Source: Minisyncoccota bacterium (GTDB taxonomy: Bacteria; Patescibacteriota; Minisyncoccia; Phycocordibacterales; UBA9973). From it: a stretch of DNA of 64,000 bases. Position 1 is the stretch's first letter, and every line of letters begins with the position of its first letter. The notes beneath the pieces are model-generated. The model did no database searches, had not been told where the DNA came from, and worked only from the letters and a program-made list of their open reading frames with translations. Location of the stretch: positions 10,167 through 74,166 of the forward strand of contig JBAYVZ010000001.1 of the NCBI GenBank assembly GCA_041674285.1. The letters are read 5' to 3'. Below, in pieces: positions 30,278-38,936 of the stretch. The translations under genes and the position numbers were made by a program.

Positions 30278-30604
30278 ATGAAAACGACCAAAAGAATTGC
30301 CAATCCTGGTAGTAAAACACCTCAAGAAATTTTGGATAATATTCAAAAAGGCTTGAGCAGCCAAAAGATGATTATAAAATTTATAAATTTTGATTTTTTA
30401 TTGAAGAATCAATTCTTTATTAATTTTAGTTTTGAAACATCCACTGGTACAAAAGTAAAGGGCGCACTCGTTGTTTATCTTCAGAAAAGTCTGCTGGAAA
30501 TTTCAGTTGATTCAGAAGAAACTACAAGGGCTGAATTGATTTTTGGCATTGTAAAAAGTATTATCAGTAGGGCAATAAATGGAAACCCTATTGGAGTGAA
30601 TTAA
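30278..30604 (+). CDS. Hypothetical protein
   Basis: 108-aa ORF with upstream hairpin and downstream terminator. Confidence 0.6.
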   Translation: MKTTKRIANPGSKTPQEILDNIQKGLSSQKMIIKFINFDFLLKNQFFINFSFETSTGTKVKGALVVYLQKSLLEISVDSEETTRAELIFGIVKSIISRAINGNPIGVN

Positions 30605-30889
30605 ATTAAAATCTGATTGCTCAGCGACACAAAAATTGTTCGTTGGGCAATTTTTGTATATTTTTTTGTTTCTATTGATCTAAAAAATAGAAACCTCAAC
30701 AGTTTTTAGTTGTCTGTTGAAAAAATAGACTACTTGTCATATTTTTACTTACTTAGTGCATGGTTATTAGTAAAAAATATGGTCATGTGTTCACATATAC
30801 ATTAATAACGGATGTTTAATAAGTACGATAAACCGCTAAAGTAGGAGCTTCCTATTTTGGCGGTTTCTATTTGCCAAGCTGGGCGCGGC

Positions 30890-31052
30890 TTGCATTAAAA
30901 TTTATATATGTTATATATAAAACATGTTCAGAAGTATCAACAAATCAGTCGTGGTGGTCAACCTTTCATTTGAAGGCTGATTTTTGCGTTGACATTCACT
31001 TAAACTAACTCAAAACAAACACCAGCCTTCAAATGAAGCTGGTGTTTGTTTT
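30890..31052 (+). promoter_or_regulatory. Putative leader-peptide transcription attenuator (18-aa uORF 30924-30980, terminator 31012-31052)
   Basis: TTGCAT-16-TATATA-6-ATG; MFRSINKSVVVVNLSFEG; 15-bp antiterminator TTCATTTGAAGGCTG/CAGCCTTCAAATGAA. Confidence 0.75.
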
Positions 31053-31061
31053 CGTATCAGT

Positions 31062-31230
31062 ATTCCCAGGGTGTCATGAACCCCTGGGAATGGTGGTCCG
31101 AAAGGCCGCTAGAGCAAAAATGCTCTATTCATCTAGGCTATATGCCGAAGATGAACGGGAGTATGAATATACTCACCAAAACAATTCGTAATAAGGTGAC
31201 AAAGACACCTCTATGCTCTTTGACAAAAGA
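31062..31230 (+). ncRNA. Candidate multi-hairpin structured RNA (overlaps 52-aa ORF 31076-31234)
   Basis: Seven consecutive stem-loops including a GAAA tetraloop; locally GC-rich. Confidence 0.5.
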
Positions 31231-31252
31231 ATAAAAATTTAAAAAATAGAAT

Positions 31253-32704
31253 ATGATTACGCAAACTACTGATATATTGCAAATGTTATTACTGAGTTAC
31301 TTTAATTCGAAATTTTCTCCAAACACTAAGAAATCCTATTTTTTAGGCGAGCTTGAGTTGGACAAGAAAATAGCAATGGCAAAAGGTACAAGGTATAGAT
31401 CTTGGGCAACGATAGCACCTAACTGGTATGCCAATACTGCCATATCAAGGCCTCACATGGAATTTGTAAACAAACCCAAGAAAACTTATCAAAAATTGGT
31501 GAAATTAATTTCTGCTACGACCCAGAAAAACTTGAGAGAAATAGATAAAATATATCGGGAAAAAATAACTAGTTGTGTTGAAATAATTAGAGATATATTC
31601 AATGAACCAGACGCTAACGTTATTTTTGAAAGTAATGGAACAATGGCTCTGGCCTTCATAAGGGCACTCTCTGGAGCTGAAGGACAAAAAGTTATTTCAA
31701 CGAGCGATATGGGCAGAATAGCAGGATTAGCATTACAAGGGCAAGATACCTCTATAGCTAAGGAAGATTTCAAACAACAGATCGGCTTGTTCTCACCGAG
31801 CGGAAAATTAGATAAAATAATACATTCTCAATACTTTGAGGTTGATTTATACAATGAAGACCGACCAAAAACAATTGATCAAATTTGTATTGAGTTATTT
31901 GAAACAGTAAAGCAGGAAAAACCCAAGCTGGTTATCGTTCCCCAAGTAAGCCGTACAGGAATAAAATTGCCGGTGGAAAAGATCGGAAGATTTATAAAAC
32001 AAATTAACAGGCAGCAAGGTTTAAGCATTTTTTTTGCAGTTGACGGAGCTCAAGCAATTGGCAGGTCAAATTCTGAAGATCTCAAAAAGCCTCTTAAATA
32101 TTGTGATGCATATTTTTTTGTAGGGCAAAAAGCACTCGGGTCAATGACACTAGCGGCGATCATGGTGAAGTCAGATTTTGTCAAAAATAATGCGAAAAGT
32201 TTAATAAATTCAAGTATTACTCCTCGGTTGTGCTGTTATAAATTTTTTGAACTGCCAACTGAAATAAAAAGTTTTATGCAAAAAAGAGGAGGAAATTTTG
32301 CGATATCTCTTCCCGAAATCGAATCGTTGGATCTATCTCTGAGGGCATTTTATCAAAGAGGTGAAGGGGGAACTTTCAAGGAAAGGAGAAAATACCAAAT
32401 CTCAAGAACTATAAAAATAAATTCCTTTATTGTCTCAGAATTAAGTAAAATAAGAGGAATTAAAGTTTTCACTACTACGGAAGACACTCCTTTAAGTCCA
32501 AGTATTATTATCTTTACTGTAATCGAAGGAAATGGAGTAGGTGCAGAAACATTAAGGCAGAAACTTCAAGAACTTCACTCTCCGATTACCTTTGCCCCGA
32601 TCTACCAGAGACCGATTTTAAGAATTGGCCTTAGTGAACTTCGTGAGCAGGATATAAATTATCTTATTACTTCAATCAAAAAAATTGTACATTGTAAAAA
32701 ATAA
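31253..32704 (+). CDS. PLP-dependent class V aminotransferase-like protein (NifS/SufS/kynureninase fold)
   Basis: FESNGT, VDGAQAIG, DAYFFVGQK (PLP lysine). Confidence 0.75.
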   Translation: MITQTTDILQMLLLSYFNSKFSPNTKKSYFLGELELDKKIAMAKGTRYRSWATIAPNWYANTAISRPHMEFVNKPKKTYQKLVKLISATTQKNLREIDKIYREKITSCVEIIRDIFNEPDANVIFESNGTMALAFIRALSGAEGQKVISTSDMGRIAGLALQGQDTSIAKEDFKQQIGLFSPSGKLDKIIHSQYFEVDLYNEDRPKTIDQICIELFETVKQEKPKLVIVPQVSRTGIKLPVEKIGRFIKQINRQQGLSIFFAVDGAQAIGRSNSEDLKKPLKYCDAYFFVGQKALGSMTLAAIMVKSDFVKNNAKSLINSSITPRLCCYKFFELPTEIKSFMQKRGGNFAISLPEIESLDLSLRAFYQRGEGGTFKERRKYQISRTIKINSFIVSELSKIRGIKVFTTTEDTPLSPSIIIFTVIEGNGVGAETLRQKLQELHSPITFAPIYQRPILRIGLSELREQDINYLITSIKKIVHCKK

Positions 32705-33064
32705 AACCAAAAGCCGAGGAATCTAAATACCTCGGCTTTTCTTGTTTTAGAGTAATCCAGTATTCGCTGTTTACAGTTTGAAGCGAAAATAAAATCTTGA
32801 ATTTATTGTTCAGAAAAAAATCAAAATCCTCCATATTTTGTTTGGGTTAATTTTTATTTACACAATGAGCACTTTTATCTTAAAGATACCTTTTTCTGTG
32901 GATTCAAAAGTGTAATCATTGAATTATCTAATAGAGCCTATCAATTTAATCCACATAAAAAAATTCATTTTGAATATCATCACCTGGTAACATCGAGGTT
33001 GACCTAAATTATTAAAAAGCTCTGGGGATCCAATTGTGTATTAAATCCCTCTCTTAAAAAATCA

Positions 33065-33418
33065 TTACAATATCCGTGTTCCATTTTCAACCGACTTGGC
33101 TAAATTGAGCAATACAGTTCCAGCTGTACTAGATACTGCCGCCAATACCAAGCATTCTGATTTAACACCAGCTATCTTTTTAGGTGGAAAATTTAAAACC
33201 GCAATAATTTGCTTACCGAGTAGGTTTTCAGGAGAATAGTTTTCGGTAATTTGAGCAGAACTCTTTTTTATACCATAAGCACCAAAATCAATTTCTAAAA
33301 CATAAGCAGGTTTAATTGCTTTCTCATTTAAGCTTACACTTAATATTGTTCCAACATACATACCTATTTTTAAAAAATCAGTAAATTCAATTTGCGAAAG
33401 ATTTTCCACTTTTATCAT
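33065..33418 (-). CDS. csaA: tRNA-binding / secretion chaperone CsaA
   Basis: KPAY..IDFG..SSAQIT..NFPPKKIAG..SE. Confidence 0.9.
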   Translation of the reverse strand: MIKVENLSQIEFTDFLKIGMYVGTILSVSLNEKAIKPAYVLEIDFGAYGIKKSSAQITENYSPENLLGKQIIAVLNFPPKKIAGVKSECLVLAAVSSTAGTVLLNLAKSVENGTRIL

Positions 33419-33556
33419 AACATTATTATATCCCTAATTTAATGAAATTGAAATATCTCGATACCAAATTAAATTTAGCTCGTAATAGTTATCAAAGGCA
33501 TCTATAAATAATAAAAAAACCGATGTGAAAACCACATTTATGGTATAATTATATTT

Positions 33557-33985
33557 ATGAATGAAAATAAATTTCCTATACCTCATTTAAACCTTGACGA
33601 AAATAAAAAATTACTTGAAAAAGAAGGTGAAGAGAGGTGTGCAGATTGGTTGGCTCGTTTTCCAGAAAAAGTAGTGTCTACAGAAGAAAGACGAGATGCG
33701 GAGAAAGAGATTATGGAATTTGAAGGATTTATTATAAATTTTGAGAAAACACATTCTTTATCAGAATTAAATAAGATTATTGACCTTAATCCAGAAGATT
33801 CACCAAATCACCCCCTCAGAGAGCCTGCTCGATTAGCACTAATACCTATCGTTACACTGATCAGTACTTTAAAAAATGAAACAGATATATCTGAAGAAAA
33901 ACTCAAAGAGCTAAAATCTAAATACATGATATTATCTAGGGCTGTTGGAATGATTAATAAAAATAAAGTAGATCATAATAGGTAA
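33557..33985 (+). CDS. Hypothetical protein
   Basis: 142-aa ORF preceded by TATAAT. Confidence 0.7.
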   Translation: MNENKFPIPHLNLDENKKLLEKEGEERCADWLARFPEKVVSTEERRDAEKEIMEFEGFIINFEKTHSLSELNKIIDLNPEDSPNHPLREPARLALIPIVTLISTLKNETDISEEKLKELKSKYMILSRAVGMINKNKVDHNR

Positions 33986-34089
33986 TTTGGAATGAATTAA
34001 ATTAAAACTGATTGTTCAGGACAAAAATTGTTCTGAGTAATTTTTGTTTATATTTTATAGTATTCTATTTTTATTTGTTATATAATTTG

Positions 34090-34617
34090 ATGGTGACAGA
34101 GATACAAATTACAAATCAAAATAGAAAAAGAGCCCTTATGGTTGTCGATGTTCAAGCAGGGTTTTTAAATGATCAAAATCGTTGGATTATTCCCAATATT
34201 CAGAAAGTAGTTCAGAACGGGAAATACAATTTAATTATTGAATCAATTTTTCATGCGGAAGCTGGGTCTTTGTGGGATAGGCAGACAAATTGGACATTTC
34301 CACTACAACCAACAGTTCCAGAAATCAAGAATCTTTTTAACCAAGATTCTGTTTTAATTACTAAAGAAACGAAATCAGTATTCAAGGGAGATAAAGATTT
34401 ATTTCAAATACTAAAAGATAAAAACATAGAAGAAGTACATATTGTTGGTCTTGATACTAATGACTGCGTATTTGCCACAGCACAAGAATCCTTTGACCTT
34501 GGCTTTTTTACTTATGTCATTGAAGAATGCACCGAATCAAGTCAGAGTTCTGAACTTCGTGACTGTGCATTGAAAATCTTAAGGGAATTAAATATGACTA
34601 CTAATTTAATTAAATAA
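34090..34617 (+). CDS. Isochorismatase-family cysteine hydrolase
   Basis: VVDVQAGF, K..SVF, GLDTNDCV. Confidence 0.88.
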   Translation: MVTEIQITNQNRKRALMVVDVQAGFLNDQNRWIIPNIQKVVQNGKYNLIIESIFHAEAGSLWDRQTNWTFPLQPTVPEIKNLFNQDSVLITKETKSVFKGDKDLFQILKDKNIEEVHIVGLDTNDCVFATAQESFDLGFFTYVIEECTESSQSSELRDCALKILRELNMTTNLIK

Positions 34618-34633
34618 GGTGTAATTATTTTTT

Positions 34634-35155
34634 ATGAATTTTACAAATCAAAAAACTGAAGATACTTTAAAGAAAAAAACAATAAAAGCTTTAAATTGGA
34701 TTGTGAATATTTTGAACGAACACAAAATCGACTACGTTGTCAGTGGAGGATTTTCAGCAAAACTGTATAGTTCAAAGCGTGAATTACATGATATTGATAT
34801 AGATATTTTTGAAAACAAATTTGATGAATTATTATCAGAAATATCTAAATATATAACCTATGGCCCAGATAGATATAAGGATGGCAAATGGGATATGAAT
34901 CTGATTACTCTTAATTATGGAGGTCAGGAAATAGATATAGGTGATTTATCGGATGCGTATATAAGCAATAAAGAAAGAACGGCATGGATTAAATTAGAAA
35001 ATAAACTTGAGCCCGTTAAAATGACTGTGGGAGGAATAGAAGTAAATGTAATTAATCCTCAGGATTTAATAAATTACAAAAAAAATTTGGATGGTGATCA
35101 TCAATTGGAGGATATTAAGTCGGTGGAAGCATATATTAAAAATATAATGTTATAA
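34634..35155 (+). CDS. Nucleotidyltransferase-fold protein
   Basis: SGGFSA..Y..R..DIDID motif. Confidence 0.75.
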   Translation: MNFTNQKTEDTLKKKTIKALNWIVNILNEHKIDYVVSGGFSAKLYSSKRELHDIDIDIFENKFDELLSEISKYITYGPDRYKDGKWDMNLITLNYGGQEIDIGDLSDAYISNKERTAWIKLENKLEPVKMTVGGIEVNVINPQDLINYKKNLDGDHQLEDIKSVEAYIKNIML

Positions 35156-35162
35156 TTATATT

Positions 35163-35468
35163 ATGTTATATCCATATATTACATGGCTTACAATATTTGT
35201 TTTCATCCCCTCAATAATCCTCTGGGTTTTTAATTTTAAATATCTTAAAAAATACAGTAAGGTTATTTTATTTGTAGCCATTGGTGCATTTGTATGGGGA
35301 TTCTGTTTTGATATTGTTGGAAGTGTCTTTTGGCATACTTGGACATATCACAATACATTCGGACCATGGCTCCTAGGATTACCACTAGAGGAGTATTTGA
35401 TCTTACTCACTCTTCCTCAAGAACTGACAATCATAGTATTATTAATGAGAAAGAAAATATATGGATAA
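35163..35468 (+). CDS. Lycopene cyclase domain protein (CrtYc/Yd-like)
   Basis: FD..G..W.Y..G..LGLPLEEYL. Confidence 0.75.
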   Translation: MLYPYITWLTIFVFIPSIILWVFNFKYLKKYSKVILFVAIGAFVWGFCFDIVGSVFWHTWTYHNTFGPWLLGLPLEEYLILLTLPQELTIIVLLMRKKIYG

Positions 35469-35781
35469 ATATACTTATTTTATTTTAAATACTTTATTTT
35501 TCTGTCCAATGATTCTCTTTTTATTACTTAGATATAAAGATATAATTTTTGCTCGAATAAAGTTTATTCTTCTCTCGGGTCTTCTTGGCGGCGTATTGTT
35601 TTTTATAATTGACTTACCAGCTACTCGCTGGGGTGCATGGTCTATGAATTATGAAAAAACTATCGGACCCATGTTCGGTGGTAGTGTGGTTGAGGAATTG
35701 ATCTGGGTTATCCTAGTTATGATAATTATTGCCTCTATGGTTGAGGTATTTTTAGCGAAAATTGACAAAAAATCTCTATAA
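35461..35781 (+). CDS. Lycopene cyclase domain protein (CrtYc/Yd-like)
   Basis: ID..A..GAW....IG....VVEELIW. Confidence 0.7.
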   Translation: MDKYTYFILNTLFFCPMILFLLLRYKDIIFARIKFILLSGLLGGVLFFIIDLPATRWGAWSMNYEKTIGPMFGGSVVEELIWVILVMIIIASMVEVFLAKIDKKSL

Positions 35782-35816
35782 AGTATTATGAAGAAAAATC
35801 TTTAAATATACAGATT

Positions 35817-36272
35817 ATGAGAATAATAATTAAAAAATCAAAAGTTTCTGATTCAAATGAAATTAGGCTCCTTGAGACGAAAATTTGGGGTGAAGAAGTC
35901 ACTAATAAATATGATATGCCTATGATTATTCGTTTTGGTTATGTTTTTGTTGCTTGTGATGGTAAAAAAATCATAGGTAGTATTTCAAGCTATAGAACAA
36001 ATAAGAATGAAGTATATGTATGTGATATCGTTGTAGATGAGGAATACAGAGGCAATCGTATAGGTGAAAGACTGTACAACAGGCTTTTAAATGAAGTGTA
36101 CGGCACGAATGTTGTGTCTTTCTTGGATCCAGACAGGACAGCAACGCTAGAATTGCATAAAAAACTCGGAGCAAAAGTAATCAAAAAAATGAATAATGTT
36201 TATTCTTTAGATGGTGAAGATTCTAATTTAGAACAAGGCAAGAGGCTTTTTGTTAGGATTGAGAATAAGTAA
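35817..36272 (+). CDS. GNAT N-acetyltransferase
   Basis: VDEEYRGNRIGERL, LHKKLG. Confidence 0.88.
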   Translation: MRIIIKKSKVSDSNEIRLLETKIWGEEVTNKYDMPMIIRFGYVFVACDGKKIIGSISSYRTNKNEVYVCDIVVDEEYRGNRIGERLYNRLLNEVYGTNVVSFLDPDRTATLELHKKLGAKVIKKMNNVYSLDGEDSNLEQGKRLFVRIENK

Positions 36273-36403
36273 AAATAATAAAACCCAGAATTTTAGTTTC
36301 TGAGCTTTGTTTTTTAGGTTTAATTTATATATTAAAACGGTTACCGACCCAGATGCCATATTAAGATATTGCTGTATGTATCATGAGATGATATAATATT
36401 CTA

Positions 36404-36476
36404 GAATAGCTGATGCTCAATAGGTTGTTCAAACTTGTCAAAGGCACCCTTTCTTGCTGGTTAGGGTGTCTTTTTT
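36404..36476 (+). ncRNA. Candidate small RNA 1
   Basis: TTGCTG-17-TATAAT promoter, hairpin with TCAATAGG, intrinsic terminator. Confidence 0.45.
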
Positions 36477-36684
36477 ATTTGTACACGTTTTATTTTATGT
36501 AAAGAAGGCTATTTTGTAATAAAAAAAATCACCCTTTCGAGTGATTCTTTATTAATTTGGATTCTTCCTTCCTAGCAAAATTTTCAGTTCTGATAATAGA
36601 TTGAGTAATAAATTAACCTTGGGTTGACATGAGTATGTTTTAGGTGTAATCTAAAAAAGAATTCACCAAATAATACGTAACATT

Positions 36685-36936
36685 ATGGAAATCATTTTAG
36701 ATGAAAAAAGCATCAAAGCTTCTGGTCGTCCAGGCCAACCAGGAAACACTCCTGCAGCATTAGTTAAGCGCTTCAAGGCTAAACTTTTAAAAATGGGTAA
36801 TTTTATGGGTGCTGATAAAATTGAGCACCAAGAACGCCACAAAAAAGAGGTGTACATTATTACCAAAGGAGAAAATCGCCTAGTTATAACTGCACATGGT
36901 GGCGGTTCTGACGGAGGTTGGCTTGGGGTAGAGTAA
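36685..36936 (+). CDS. Hypothetical protein in own promoter-terminator cassette
   Basis: TTGACA promoter at about 36624; terminator at about 36943-36970. Confidence 0.65.
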   Translation: MEIILDEKSIKASGRPGQPGNTPAALVKRFKAKLLKMGNFMGADKIEHQERHKKEVYIITKGENRLVITAHGGGSDGGWLGVE

Positions 36937-37034
36937 AAAGAGAAGGTTGGATCATTTGGTCTAACCTTTTATTTTTTTTCAACGAGTTCATGTTCATTGT
37001 TTGACATGTAAGTTTTTTATGATAGGATGTAACT

Positions 37035-37109
37035 AATCTTATCTTTCAGTAATCAATAGGGTAAGCTTAAAACCAGAGCCTCGGTCATTTCGGTGATCGA
37101 GGTTTTTTT
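37035..37109 (+). ncRNA. Candidate small RNA 2
   Basis: TTGACA-16-TAGGAT promoter, hairpin with TCAATAGG, TTCG-loop terminator. Confidence 0.45.
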
Positions 37110-37382
37110 GTTTCTGATATGTAGGAGGTAAGAGAGCAACAATAATTGCTATTATTTCTATTGGAGTTATAGTTGGAATTGCTCAAATTTATGCTCAACT
37201 ATGTTTTTAAGCCACTCTATATATTATACTACAAAACAAGGTAAAATGCAAGTTGAATTGCCTTGCATTATAAGGGTGTTTTGAGATAATACCTGTATGA
37301 CAGATGGAATAACACCCAACAAAGAAACCCATATTATTGAGTCCTCAAATGAGCCTGTCGTATACTTTAACATAACATAATA

Positions 37383-37580
37383 ATGAACATGAAAAAGAAA
37401 AATTATTTATACATTACATCAATTATATTTTTAATTGTGGGTCTCGTGCATTTTTTAAAAATATTAACTGTTTTTGAAATACAGATAGCAGGTCAAGAAT
37501 ATCCACTTTGGCTTAGTTGGATTGAAATGATTATTGCATTGTATTTATCTTTTCTTGGTTTTCATTTGAGTAAAAAATAA
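37383..37580 (+). CDS. Small membrane protein
   Basis: Two TMs; IF..V..H...P.W.SW pattern. Confidence 0.7.
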   Translation: MNMKKKNYLYITSIIFLIVGLVHFLKILTVFEIQIAGQEYPLWLSWIEMIIALYLSFLGFHLSKK

Positions 37581-37744
37581 TAGATTTAAAGGGAGTGTTC
37601 TCGCTATTTTAAGAATTTTTAATAAAATAGGTTCGAGCGAAGTCATATAACCACCCACGATAGTTTTTATAAAGTTGGAATCTTTCGACATCCTTAGTCT
37701 AGGCATCACGATATAAATAAAACCCCGCAATTGCGGGGTTTTAT

Positions 37745-38218
37745 TTATATAGACTTCACTTTTAGATTTGTTTGTTTGTGCTTGTTTATCTTTGGGAGCT
37801 TGATCACGAGTAGGCCGTGCTTTTCTATTGCTTCAGCTTCTTCAGGGTCTACTTCTTCTGGTAGGCTAATTGTTCTTGAAAAGCTTCCCCAGTATAGCTC
37901 TCTGACATAGTAATCTCCCTCTTTTATTGATCTATTTTCTTCTCTTTTACCTTTGATAGTCAGAGTGTCTCTTGTGATCATAATAGATAGATTCTCTGGT
38001 AGTACACCGGCTATCATACTCTGCACTACGATCTCGCCATTTGTCTGATATAGGTCGATAGTGAGCTCTCCGTCTTGTTCTTCTTCGACTTCTTCTTTGA
38101 ATTCAACTTCGTGATTTTTCTTCATTAACTTCGGCTCTTCGTCTACGAGAAATTCACTCTCGTCATCGAATTTAATACCACCGGTTAATTTTTCAAAAAA
38201 AGATTTCTTTTTTAGCAT
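37745..38218 (-). CDS. Hsp20 / alpha-crystallin family protein
   Basis: ELYWGSFSRTISLP, GLLVIKLPK. Confidence 0.92.
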   Translation of the reverse strand: MLKKKSFFEKLTGGIKFDDESEFLVDEEPKLMKKNHEVEFKEEVEEEQDGELTIDLYQTNGEIVVQSMIAGVLPENLSIMITRDTLTIKGKREENRSIKEGDYYVRELYWGSFSRTISLPEEVDPEEAEAIEKHGLLVIKLPKINKHKQTNLKVKSI

Positions 38219-38222
38219 AGTT

Positions 38223-38936
38223 TTATATTGTTTGCGCAAAGCGCGGACTCATTCTTCTTAGTTTTTCAAAAATAAGAATATTTATAATCGCGACTACCCA
38301 CAGGAAACCAAAGACAGACAGAAAGTTTTCACCGCTTCCTTTCATTATAAAGAAATTGAACAGGCTATGCAAGGTAATTGCGAGTAGTAATCCGATAATC
38401 GCATATCTTTTTTTAAATCTTTTTATGTAAAATGCCAATCCAAATGCGCTACCTATCATACTACTTGCGATAGCATGCAGTAGTGTCGATCCTAGGAATC
38501 GCAAGTTGCCAGTGAGTAGTCCGACAACTGTCCCGTCTACTTGGAGTGGGTTGATCAGAAAGAATACATTTTCAAGTGCAGCGAACCCCAGTGCGGCTGC
38601 GATAAAGTACATAGGGTAGTCTATCGGCTGGTCTATATGTCCACTACCAAATACTACTACTATAACTGCTAGCATCTTTAGAATCTCTTCTATCGCTGCA
38701 AATGCAATTATCTGCCATGTCTTGTCTAGTATCAATGTGGCAGAATATCTCTGTAGCCATATAGCTAGTAGTACCATCACCCCACCGAGCACAAAAGACA
38801 TGATTATCAATCCTGTTGGTTCTTTGTCGTCTCCGTCTTCTTGTCTTAGCCAAAACCATAGCCATAGTATGGCTGGTAGTGCTCCTCCTAGTACTGCATA
38901 TATTAGAGTTTTTGGGTCTGATATAAGATTATCCAT
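38223..38936 (-). CDS. prsW: PrsW-family intramembrane metalloprotease
   Basis: IEEILK, GFAALEN, H..H motifs. Confidence 0.88.
   Translation of the reverse strand: MDNLISDPKTLIYAVLGGALPAILWLWFWLRQEDGDDKEPTGLIIMSFVLGGVMVLLAIWLQRYSATLILDKTWQIIAFAAIEEILKMLAVIVVVFGSGHIDQPIDYPMYFIAAALGFAALENVFFLINPLQVDGTVVGLLTGNLRFLGSTLLHAIASSMIGSAFGLAFYIKRFKKRYAIIGLLLAITLHSLFNFFIMKGSGENFLSVFGFLWVVAIINILIFEKLRRMSPRFAQTI

Noticed and set aside
32750-33060. Hidden ORF or recoded gene between the PLP enzyme and csaA
   Set aside because: The frames I read contain several different stop codons and no recognisable motif.
36404-36476. Fluoride riboswitch (GCTGATG)
   Set aside because: Lacks the 5' GGCGATGG-type pseudoknot strand and has no downstream fluoride-related gene.
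30212-37600. Integron cassette array
   Set aside because: No IntI, and the hairpins lack consistent RYYYAAC/GTTRRRY attC ends.
37590-37715. tmRNA, 6S or SRP RNA
   Set aside because: No tRNA-like ends, tag ORF or SRP loop motif recognisable.
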